From: Amoebophrya sp. A120
Lineage: Eukaryota; Protista; Dinoflagellata
Direction: 5' to 3'
Assembly: GCA_905178155.1 (NCBI GenBank)
Contig: CAJINV010000021.1
Span: forward strand, 545,530-609,529
DNA length: 64,000 nucleotides
In this document: positions 1 through 11,000 of the stretch, one piece after another
Numbering within the stretch: position 1 is the first letter of the stretch
Layout of the letters: each line of letters begins with the position of its first letter
Program-made: the position numbers and the translations under genes
The notes under the pieces: model-generated
Seen by the model: the letters and a program-made list of their open reading frames with translations, nothing else
What the model was told of the DNA's origin: nothing
The model's database searches: none

Positions 1-123
1 GTTCTACACGTAGTATTCCAAGAAGTCATCAAACGGCAGCAGAGCAACCACCTTGTAACCGAGCATTTGCATTGATGTTGAAGCGTCAAAATTCATCATC
101 TCTAATCATCTTGCTCTTCTTGG

Positions 124-1470
124 TTAGTACTGCTCGTTCGCATCACCAGAATCACTTCTCTCGCCTGCGTTGTCGTTCTCCTCCTCGGTGTCGTTCTCTT
201 CCTCGCTATCGCTTCCGTTATCACTTTGATTTTCTCCTTCTGGAACATTCAAAAGCCGCGCCAGTGCCATGGCAGATTCAAAACGCACCACCTCGTCGCT
301 GTCCCTGCGAACGCTAACAACGACCCTGGCCTTTCGTACCTCGAAAGCGGCCGCGGAATTCTTCGCGTGGCTGTCACACACTTGCAGAAACTCCTCAGCG
401 TTATGCTGACTGGCATTCGTGTGTGCAAATACTCCGGTAACGGCGCCCATGACCCAGACGTCGGCCCGGGCGCTTGAAAGGTTTGAAAATTGTACGCATT
501 TTAAGTGGATGGCCGCGGCGGCAACGCCTGCTGTGGCCAGTGCTTCCCTTTGGCTTCGATCATCCTTGTACAGGTGGCTGTCTTCACGGTAGAGGACCCG
601 ATCGGACCGCGTCAGTACGAACTCACTGTACCTGTGCTCGGGGGGGTCTAATCCAGACACCCGCTCGACGTCATCGAGATGGGCGTGGAGCGAACGGCCA
701 CCAATGCTCTCACCACGATCGTTCAAAACCGCAAACGAAAACTCGAGGGCGTGCGACCGGCCGAATACATCCGGCTCTTTCGTGCCAGGAAACGCTGTTC
801 CGATCGGAAGCGTTAGTTTTTCTATCGTTCTTCTCGCCTGCGGCACCGTGTACGCAAAAAAATAATTCACCTCATGCGCCAACTCTTGTCTTTTGACTTC
901 GCAGGGTACTAAATAATGATGGCGCATTGTCTTTGCCTTCGCGTCCCAATAACGAATGGCGAAAGGGAGAGCTCGCTTCGCGGCCTCGGTGAGGCGCGAG
1001 ACGGCCCCGCTTGCATCCAGCTTCTCGCTCCGCGTCGGCTCCGTGTCTCGCAAAAAGCTGAAAATTTTGAGCTGAAGTTCCACAGGCACGTGGAGGACCA
1101 CGGGTGAGCTATTGCTGCTCCCCCGGTCTTTTTGTTTTTTCTCGAAAGACACACACGCTGCCTGAACCGCGCGAGCGTTGAGAGTGCGATAGTTTCTGGG
1201 TTCGATATTTGCAACGGCCGCATCTTCGAGTCTCCTGTACTCTGCCCTGTGGTACTCTTGCGCCGCTTCATCGGCCACTGATGGAGCGGGACGACCAGGG
1301 TGCATGGACATCGTGTTGAGTTTGATTCCGCTTTTTGGTGCCAGCTCGTCCTCACAACTGGTGTGAAAGCCTTGTACGATAAAATAAGTTTGATCTTCAT
1401 GTGTATGAGTATGTAGCAGCGTATACTTAGCAACTGTGATAATTGTGAGGAAGAGAATCTTCATCTTCAT
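124..1470 (-). CDS. Putative F-box-like protein (true start may be ~1311)
   Basis: 448-aa ORF containing F-box-like LHVPVELQLKIFSFL; acidic C-terminal tail; no introners. Confidence 0.55.
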   Translation of the reverse strand: MKMKILFLTIITVAKYTLLHTHTHEDQTYFIVQGFHTSCEDELAPKSGIKLNTMSMHPGRPAPSVADEAAQEYHRAEYRRLEDAAVANIEPRNYRTLNARAVQAACVSFEKKQKDRGSSNSSPVVLHVPVELQLKIFSFLRDTEPTRSEKLDASGAVSRLTEAAKRALPFAIRYWDAKAKTMRHHYLVPCEVKRQELAHEVNYFFAYTVPQARRTIEKLTLPIGTAFPGTKEPDVFGRSHALEFSFAVLNDRGESIGGRSLHAHLDDVERVSGLDPPEHRYSEFVLTRSDRVLYREDSHLYKDDRSQREALATAGVAAAAIHLKCVQFSNLSSARADVWVMGAVTGVFAHTNASQHNAEEFLQVCDSHAKNSAAAFEVRKARVVVSVRRDSDEVVRFESAMALARLLNVPEGENQSDNGSDSEEENDTEEENDNAGERSDSGDANEQY

Positions 1471-1969
1471 ATCATCTCCTTTAGAAATTAATAGATGGTG
1501 TATGTCGTGTAGGTTTAAGTGTGGTTCTCAAGAGATCTTCATTGTAAACAGCATCAGGAGACGAACAGGAACATCAGCAACGCGGGCGGCTTGGAGGCTG
1601 CAACATCAGGAAAGTACAATTCTAAGACTGGTGCGCCAGTAGTGATCGCGTTCTCCTACATGGCTTTAGTCACTTGTCTGCAAAGACACGGCAATTAAGG
1701 AGCGCCGCGCAGTTGATAGGTATTGGTATTCATGGATATTAGCTAGGGCCAGGACTGAAATCTAATCAAACAGTAGTCGCGCTACTTGTATGCTTGTCTC
1801 CACGGGTAATATTTCGTCGCTCCTGCGTCTTTCCTCTACTTTCAGTACCATTTATATTGGTCTTCCGATTCAAAAAGCCAAAGTGAGCTTCTTCCACTGA
1901 GTCACAGAAAAAAGCGCAGACGCTAACGTCTGCGGTTTTTCTCGTCCTCGAATAAGAACCCTATTGGTT

Positions 1970-3503
1970 CTACAACTGCTCCTTCGAACCCTCCGGAAAG
2001 GGCAACTCCGAGCCGGTGCCGCCAGTAGTGCCGTAGCCGTTGTTCTCGGACGGCTCGCTGGACGAGATGCTTGTTCCGCGCAACGACGTCGCACCTCCGT
2101 GGCCATCCTGATTCTCGGTCGCCGGGCCGGCACCAGCATCACGCACGGGTTCGCGTTCCTGCTGTTCGTTGATCGTGGTTCTTTCGCCGTGGTCCTCGCC
2201 GATCACCGTCGCGGCCCCACCGTTCGTCACTGTGTCGCCTTCCTCACCAAACTCCTTGATCTGGGTGAAGGCTCTTGGAGCAGCCCGTTTCAGCTCCGCA
2301 ACCGCTTCTCGGATAGCGCGGTCTGCGTCGTGTACTGCACCACGGTTTCCGTCATACAATCTGCTGCAGGCGCCGAAAAACTTCGACTTTCTCAGCTTAT
2401 TCCTCGCGTTTTCTACTTCTCTCCACGGTTTTTAAGACCTTCGTATCGCACCTTTTCGGCGGACAGTTTTTTGCTGGTGTTTGTGAGCATCGTTAGTACC
2501 TGCGTTAGGTTGTTTAACGCGCGGACTTTTGTTTTGCAAAACTCCCTTTCTATCGCCTCCTCTCCAGGTACAACGATTTCCATTCCTCCAAGTTCACTGG
2601 AATCCGAATCCGAGTTGCGCTCCCCGCTACAGGACTTGAAGCACTTGCACAAAGACGCCCACATCCCGCCGTCACCGCGTTTATGCTGATCCAGTTCCAG
2701 ATCGAGGAAGCTTGTCTCATCGCGGTCCTCATCTTGTCCATTTTCCCGGCCGCGCGCGTCTGGATGCGGATGGCCCTGATCCTCGACACCGCCAGCGGCT
2801 CCGATTTCCTGCTCAGACGGTGCGAACGGAGTATAATTCTTGTACTTCGCGCACTTGCCGTTTTTCATACACCAGCCTTTCCGTTCAAGCGCGGACGCTT
2901 CACCTGCAGTAAAGGAGGGGAAGTGCTGGCGTCCTCGCCGATCAATCTGAATCTCAAACAACAGCGTCCGAGGTCAAGTTTTACTTTCGGTGCAGTACCT
3001 CGCCAGAGGAAAGAAACTTCTAATAGCCCAGCGCGGCATTCTGAATATGAATTCTCAGAATTGCAAATAAAAGTTGGAAGCAGGGCAGAAAAATAAAACA
3101 AGAAGAAAACAGCTTTACTCACCATTTCCATCCGTATCGGCTCCACCGCGAAGAAACAGTTCATTCGCTACCGATTGGAAAATCAGCAGAAGAGCGGACA
3201 TGGAGGTCATTTGTTTGTTTTTCACGAGCTCATGGACAAACTCCGCGGTCAGAAAAGATTTTTCCTCCGTTCCCGTCGCAGCGTTCTTTTGCGTGAAAGC
3301 GCGTGGGGTCGGGGGGGGGGGTGCTTCTGCTTCCCCCGTTGTTCGTGGTCCGGGACCACGACCGGGGGCTCCTCGAAATGAGAACTCGAGAGAGAAGAAC
3401 TCATATCGGTGTCGATGGCCGCTTCCTCGTTAAAATGTTGCCCTTTGTCATGGTTCTCCGCCGCGGACCCGCAGACGGACAGTGCCACAACGTACAACGC
3501 CAA
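1970..3503 (-). pseudogene. Fragmented hypothetical gene or pseudogene
   Basis: Coding-like ORFs 3249-3503, 2413-2961 and 1970-2359; the last two are out of frame with no recognisable introner between them. Confidence 0.3.
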
Positions 3504-4215
3504 GCACTTCTTCGTGACGGTTTTGGATATGGGTATGGCCCGACGAGCAGGTGTTACTTATGAGATGTCGAAGCTTTCATCAATTTCATCGTCGGAGGGT
3601 GGAGCAGCGAGCGCCGCCCTGGCTTGTCATGTATGAAATTCCAACATACAACGCCACAGTGCTTTAGATCTTTATTGCAGCGGCTCCAAGTGCAAATCTT
3701 TTTTCGTTGTCTTTCTGAACCCCGTCATTCTGCTGGTGCGCAGGTGCGCATCACAGAAAGAAAAGACTTATAGATGATTTACATCTTCTTCTTCATACAA
3801 GCGGAAGGACACCCACGGCAATCCTCGTAGAATCAAAAGCGCGAATGAGCCGAGGGCAACGGCAAGGTTTTGTCTATCGCATGACACTTGTTGCGATTGC
3901 GCTGAGGATGATGGATGGATGGCGGTGGTACGAGAAAACAATCGACGTAACCACAAATAACACCTGCTCGGGCCATAACAAGGAGAGTCCTCATCTTTTT
4001 TTTGCTTCTTTGTGAAAGAAGGCTACCAAGATAAATCGATGTGGAAAAATGAAAAATAGCAATATGGACTTCTGTCGGTTTACTTCCTGGCTGTTGAGAT
4101 GAAATAAAGCTCTGGCGGTTTTCCTGGGTTATTTGGTTTTCAGGTTTACTAGCATCTACATTTACTTCTATAAATCATTGAGTGCACGACCATTGCTTGG
4201 CGCACTGACTTCTAA

Positions 4216-4665
4216 ATGATTGGCGCCTCCTGGTTTGTGATTGAAAAACTACACGTACACGAGATCCTTTTGTGCCTCTACTGGAAGAAGCAATTGACGG
4301 ACTCTAAAACAGTGGATCTTGAAGGAATCTTGTGCAAAATAGATGCTCGCACTGTTGTGAAATACACTGGCGAAAACGCAAGACCAGAGGGAAAGTGCAA
4401 CGTTCCGTCGTGGATAAGAACTGAAGAACTGTGCTACAATGTTGAGTACATATACGATCAGGCTCAGGTCGTGGACCGGGACCACTTCTGCTTCCAACAG
4501 GAGCATAATAATCGACTGCATCGTGATCGTGATGTTCGTGAGATCGTGACATTCGCTTCGTGGCTGCCACAGCCGGATTTGTATAATTTTTTGAGTACAC
4601 CGAACACAAGACAAGTGCCAGGCCCTGATGAGCATCAACGCGGCTCGTTGTTCACAGATGAGTGA
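4216..4665 (+). CDS. Hypothetical 149-aa ORF
   Basis: ATG-initiated ORF with no recognised motif; opposite strand to the other host genes. Confidence 0.2.
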   Translation: MIGASWFVIEKLHVHEILLCLYWKKQLTDSKTVDLEGILCKIDARTVVKYTGENARPEGKCNVPSWIRTEELCYNVEYIYDQAQVVDRDHFCFQQEHNNRLHRDRDVREIVTFASWLPQPDLYNFLSTPNTRQVPGPDEHQRGSLFTDE

Positions 4666-5002
4666 CAAGTGGCCAGGCGAAGCGAATGCTATTGCGGAGC
4701 CCCACGGTGTATTGAACTTAATGCAGCTTCCGCTGTTTCTATTTTGTGATTGTCCTAGAAGTAATCGCAATATTGATGTGAAACGCACCTGCGCGAAGAT
4801 GTATATTGTATGCGGAGACATGATCAACATTATGGCTTCGTATTCATGCTACATCGATTTCATTGCGGACTCGGAGATAGCCACTGATGTAGTGATGAAA
4901 CCTCGGGCGATTAGCACGGTGGTAGTTCGGTTCCGGTCGTCTCTCTCAGGCTTTGCCTCGTAAGAAACCGGATATCCACCGCTACCACGACCGTTTTGGT
5001 TT

Positions 5003-8000
5003 TTACCACTGCAGCTTTACCCGTTTGTCAATCGTATCTACGAACGCGATTTTTCCAATGACAAACACATCCGCTTCTTTCGCCAATTCTCCCGCCAAGC
5101 TTTCCGGCAACGCGAGCAGCAGCCCTCCCGATGTTTGCGGATCGATCAGTGCGAAGTCCGGCGTTGCAAGCTTTGTCGTTTTGGTGTTTGTCTCTACTCC
5201 CGCAACTGCTCCTCCAGGTACTATTTGTCCGAAAGCTTGGTGCTCTCCTGCACCGCTGAGTTTCAAGTTTTCGATTTCGTGCGCTACCAGGGCGAGATTT
5301 TTTGGAAACAGTGAGGAAGCCACACCCTCCGCGACCATCTGCAAGGCCCCGTGGAGAATGGGAATTTTGTGCATGTCGAGCTGCACTTGCAAATTTCGGT
5401 TGGTTTTCCGCGTCATCTCGAGCAAATGCCCGAGCAACCCAAATCCGGTGATGTCCGTGCAGGCGGACACGGCGAATTTTCCGGGATTGTATGGATTGCA
5501 AAACAAGTATCTTCGTGCTAGTTCAAGAAATTGCGTATACAGATTGATGACTCAGCATTACAAATGGAATTTGTAATGCGGATTTACCTGAACAACTAGA
5601 TTTGTAAATGCATACCTACAAAAATCAGTCGTAGGGGTACGATACTTGTTGTTTTGCAATGCATAGTTTGTTGTCCGCGACGATGCGCTGGAGAATGCGC
5701 ACCACGTCGGCGGAGTTCGTTGCCAGCATGCTTTTCAGGCAGTTTTGCCACACGTCCCCGCTGCAGCAGTTCCGCATCACGCCCGCCTGGATGATCCCTG
5801 TGCCGAGGGGTTTTGTCACCACGAGCACGTCGTTTTCCTTCACGACGCCCTTCAGCCAACAGGTGGAGCTCGGGTTTGCGGACATGCTCTGTGCCGCGTT
5901 GACCGTGAAACCCAGGCTCAAGTCGCCCTCGATCGTGTATGAATAGCAAAAGTTGTCTCTTAGTAGTTGTAATTGCAATACAAACATTTAGCATGACAGA
6001 GGCAATTTGTCGTGCTGATTTTCCTTGAGAAGGAGACTTCGACTTGTCATGCATAATTACAATTACTACGAGTGCGACACTTGTTTTGCAGAGGATAACG
6101 TGTGTCCCCCGACGATCGGGGTGTCCGGGCCGAAGGCGGACTTCGCCCCGGCCAGCATCATCGCGAGGTTATGCATTGCAAAAGTATCGTACTATAAACT
6201 CGCATCACAAGTTTTAATTTTGGCAAGAAGAACACCAAAAGTGAGATTTGTAAATGTAAAAAATGCTGATTCAGGTTGGAAAAGATACTTGTCATGCGTG
6301 ACTGCAATTCTATACGAGAGAGTGCGATACTTTTGCAGAGCATAGAGGTCTTGCTGCTGCAGCCTCTCCGCGCCGAGCGGAACCGAACAGGTGGAGAGCG
6401 CGCTGATGTGCGTCTTCTGTTGCCCTTTGCTCGAGGAGGAGGTGAGGAACGACGATGGTGAGGAGCCAGAGCTTCGCGTTGAAGAACTAGCGCTATCCGT
6501 ATTCACCACGCCCATCGCAATCACGTCGGACAAGGAGTGGAGGGCCGCCACCTGGTATCCACAGTAAATTTCCCGCACACCTACACGTACAAATGCAGTC
6601 TCTGCATGACAAAATTGGGCTTCGATCTTAGTGTTGACTAGAGCTTTATGCACACAGCATGCAATGCGTGTTCAAGCTCCCCTGCGTGGTTCCATCGATC
6701 TTGATCTTCAGCACAGTAACGATCCTAACCGTTTAGCTTAGTCGTCTCGTCGTCTTTGTGGTCTGGTTGACCAAACCAAACGAATCAATCCATCTTGAAA
6801 CACCACCTGTATACAGATGTGAATCAGTACTCCGTTCTGAATCATTCCAAACAGAAAGATGCGAACTCGACCGCTATTCGTATGCTGTGAATGTGTTCAG
6901 AATTCCTAACATTCTGATTCACACTTGGTGCCGCCGGTGAGACCGGTAATCGCGAGCCAACGAACAACTTCGCCATCCACAAGTCCAAATTTTTCCGTCG
7001 GAACACCATCGGCATCTACACGCAAAAATCTCTCTTTGGAATAGATTGATTTACGAATCCCGACGGTATGCCGACGGTAGATCGGAAGATCATCTGCCCG
7101 GAGATAAAGAACTCCGAGGGCTGGACGATGTGGAAGCATAAAATCAAATCGATGATGAGCATGGTATTGGAATTGGACGCACAATGGCAGGCAATTTTGA
7201 ACGACAACACCCAGCAGACGAACTTTCAAAATGTTCAGCCTGGTTTGACAGCACAGCAAAAGCAAGATGTGTTTTCCCTCGAGTCCACGTTTTTGAATGC
7301 ATTGCAAGACGACGCAGCAAAATTGATCACGAACAGCCAGACAGTGGGTTTTGTAAAATGTTACTTCCTTCTGTCATCGCACTGGGATCAGAAAGCATCT
7401 TCAATTGACAGTGACACAACCAACAACGAATTGATTACTGTCTGCTACGACATGGAGAAGGATGGAGATTTTTCTATTTGGATCTACGCAGAAAAGTACA
7501 GCAAAATCCTCCTTCTGAAAGACAGATACCCAGATGCGGCTGCGATCAATCGCCAGATGTGGGACGTCCTCAAATTCCGACTTGACCCGACTTGCATGAA
7601 AACAATCATGGCGGAGATCAGAAATTTGAACAGTACTACAGCTACTTGGGAGAAAGAAGGACTGGCAATGGTGATGGACTTCATCAAATCAGGCAGAATG
7701 AATATTGAAAAGGAACAGCAAGCGACTTTGCATTTAGCACGAACGAACGTCGCCCCCGCAAACGCAAACCCCAATGCGTTCCTTGCTGGTGCATCATCAT
7801 CATCTTCTTCTTCTGGTAACAAAAATTCCAACTTCATCGTCGCACCGGAAGGCGCGACCTTCGAGCAGCAATTGATGTGTCAGTCCATCAATAACCAAAC
7901 CGCCTTAGTTATGATGAATAAGGGTCACAAAGGACAGGGAAAACACAACAACAAAAACTACAATTCCAATACCTATGCGAATCGAAATCAGCCCTATGGT

Positions 8001-11000
8001 AACAACGCGCAGAATCAAGGAGGCCTCTGGTGTACGTATTGCCAACGTCCAGGACATGACGTTCATTACTGCTATCGCAAGAAACGCCAGCAGGAGAAGA
8101 ACACTGCCCCACCACCCGCGAACAACTACGGCAACAACCACAAGAAGGGCGGTGGTGGTGGCAAGGGCGGTGGCAAACACGGCGTGAAGAAAGGTGGCTA
8201 CAAGTCTCACCAGAAGGGTCGCAAGTGGTGACATAAGGACCACGATTCTGCTGATGATGTCGATGATAAATCGATGCTGATGGATTCAAATCACGATGTG
8301 AAAATCGATGCTGAGTTGGAATCAAATTTCGTTGATGTGTCGAAGAACACTGATGAAAAGAGCGATGTATTTGATGACGACGACAACTACTATTCGTGCT
8401 TTTACACAAGTCACGATGCTACTAGTTACAATCAAAAATCGTTACTGTGCAAGATCGATCAATCAATGCCGATTATAGAGTGCAAGATCAACAAATCCAT
8501 TTTGGATGAAGGTTCGGCAGAGGAAAGAAAACAGAGGACAAACAGGGATATCCTCGACAGTGGCACTACTCATTACGTGTCGAGTGTGCTTAGCGATTTT
8601 GTGTCCTTTCGCTCCAATCCTGTGAAAATCAATGGAGTCGGAGGCACTTTGCAAGCGAAAAATCCTCCAAGGATAGGTAGGCTGAAGACGAATCGACTTG
8701 GTTACTCAGTAGGTATTTTTCACAGCGCTTTGCCCGTGCGCCGCCTTTTACCTACAACCACCCTGAACGCAATGGGTTGGTCAGTAAAGCTAGAACCAAA
8801 AGCAGTAGCCAAGTCTGAGATAGTTTCAAGATTCGCAGATGTCGCAGTGCCATTAGAAAATAACCCGCCTGACTTACCATTTTTGCCTGATGGTGAGCTT
8901 TTCGGCACGGGTGTGGCTTTATACTGCAGAGAATTTGAAGAGGTTTTGTCAGAGGAAGACGCTTTGTCTGCGTCGCGTTTTGGTTGCAATCTTTTCACAC
9001 CTGATTGCTTATCCAACTGCTGCAAAAAGCGCCGCGTAGGACAGCTCGATGAGTCTGCTTCTATTTTCACTGGAGATGCCTTGGCCGACTGCGTAGAGGA
9101 TTTTGAGCATTTATGCTACTTGTCCAAGTTAGACCGACACCGAAGACGTGGCCACATCCATGTCCCAGGTGAAGAGGTGTTTTGCCCTGAATGCGCCCTC
9201 GCAAAGGGTGGCAGGTCAGGTGCTAGGAAAGAACGACCACAGAAGTACTCTGATCCAACACCGCTAAAGCAACTTGATGCTGACTTTTGGGGTCCAGTCA
9301 AACCCGTCAGCTTGACAGGCAATTCATGGCTATTGATTTTCATTTGCCCTGCTGTTGCGCGTGTGTTTGAGTTCAAGTTGAAGCACAAAGATCAGGCCTA
9401 CGCAGTCGTAGAACGGCTAATCAAGCAACTTCGCGCATCGGACAGCATCGACTTGACAGATAAGGTCGTATGGTTTGTCCGCAGTGACAACGACCCCACG
9501 TTCAGAGCAAAGAAGTGGGAGGATACGCTCCAAGCGCTCTCCGTTTTTCGGCAGCACTCAGTCCCATACGTACCACAGAAAAATGGTGTGTGCGAACGCT
9601 TCATGGGTACTCTGGGTCCCGGTTTAAGGGCTAATCTAGTGGGTGTCGACTTGAGACTTTGGGATTATGCCGCTTCTTACTTTGTATACACGTGGAATCG
9701 CTTACAGCGGAAATTCTACAAGCGCGCCCCTCAGTTCAATGGTCTCTCACCTTTGGAAGCTTGTCGACAGAGGAAGTCACTGCAAAATGACCGGAAAGTT
9801 TCTCGCACAGAACCCCAAGAGCCCGATGAGATATTGAAGACTTCGAATTTTGACTCCAGGATGCGTCGCTTCGGTTGCCTCGCTTATTTCCTGAGACAGC
9901 CAGTAGAAGGGGTCAAGAAACTTGTAGAGAAGTACACGAAAGGAGTCTTTCTTGGGTATTGCGATCAGTCCTCGTGCTATCTAGTTGGAACTTACGTTAA
10001 GGATGATCGATACTCCAAGGCCGGCGCTTTGCGCTGGGCAGTTTACGAAACAAACGCCGTGAAGTTTGTCGAGTCAGTTTTGATCGACAATGTTGACTCT
10101 CTACGCCCAGGGTACCGCGGTGGCGTCGTAGTTTCAGACGACCAGCTCCTGCAGACTATCTGTGGCTCGAAGGACAATGCCCGGGTGGTTGGTTCTGATC
10201 GGGATTGTGCTCCTGTGCGCAAAAATCCGGGTGGTTCAGAGGTCTCAGGTTCTGGGGGGGTTGGCGGGTCCAACTCCCTGCCACTTTTAGAAGTCGAGAA
10301 AGCAGCTTCACAAGAACACGCTCATAACGCATCCTCTGCCTCGTTCAAAGACATCAATCTTCAGTCAAATCAGCATGCCAGTGGTGACAATTCGCAAGTA
10401 CAAAATCCGCATTCCGCACCTGATTCAGTTTCATCGCGCGCGCCCGCCCGGAACACGGTTGAACACCATGAGCCAGACCCTGAAGTGGTCTTTGGTCGCG
10501 AAAAGACCAAGCGCCCGCGCGGTAGGCCCAAAGGGGCAAAGGACAAAACGCAACGCACGCGAAGAACAAAGCAGCAATTGTCCGAAGCCGAGAACTCAGA
10601 TGCGTTTTATGCCGACTTTGCAGAAGTGATCAATGATTGTTATGTATGTGACAGCGTCGTAGACGATTTCGAAGAGGGTGAAGAGTTAGTCGAAGCACTT
10701 CCACAGTTCGCGAACGTTGCCGCGATGAGCTCGCCAGATGCGCCGCACTGGTTAGAAGCCAAATCCCTCGAGAAGTGCAAGCTTGAGGCGTTTCAGACGT
10801 GGAGAGTGCCTACTCCAGAAGAGTTAGAACGCGCTAAGACCACAGGCGTGGTCCCGATAGCATTGGTGCTTAGCCGCAAGCGCTGTGGCAAGTTCAAGTG
10901 CCGTGCTGTCGTCCTAGGTAATCTCTACAAGCCCGGCGGTGAGTTAGAAGTTTACGCGCCCGTAATCAGCTTTGGAGCCTCGCGCTACCTGCTGATCGAT

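Noticed and set aside
8229-8231. TGA as selenocysteine because the element sits in selD
   Set aside because: No SECIS identified and no redox context; the insertion site says nothing about decoding.
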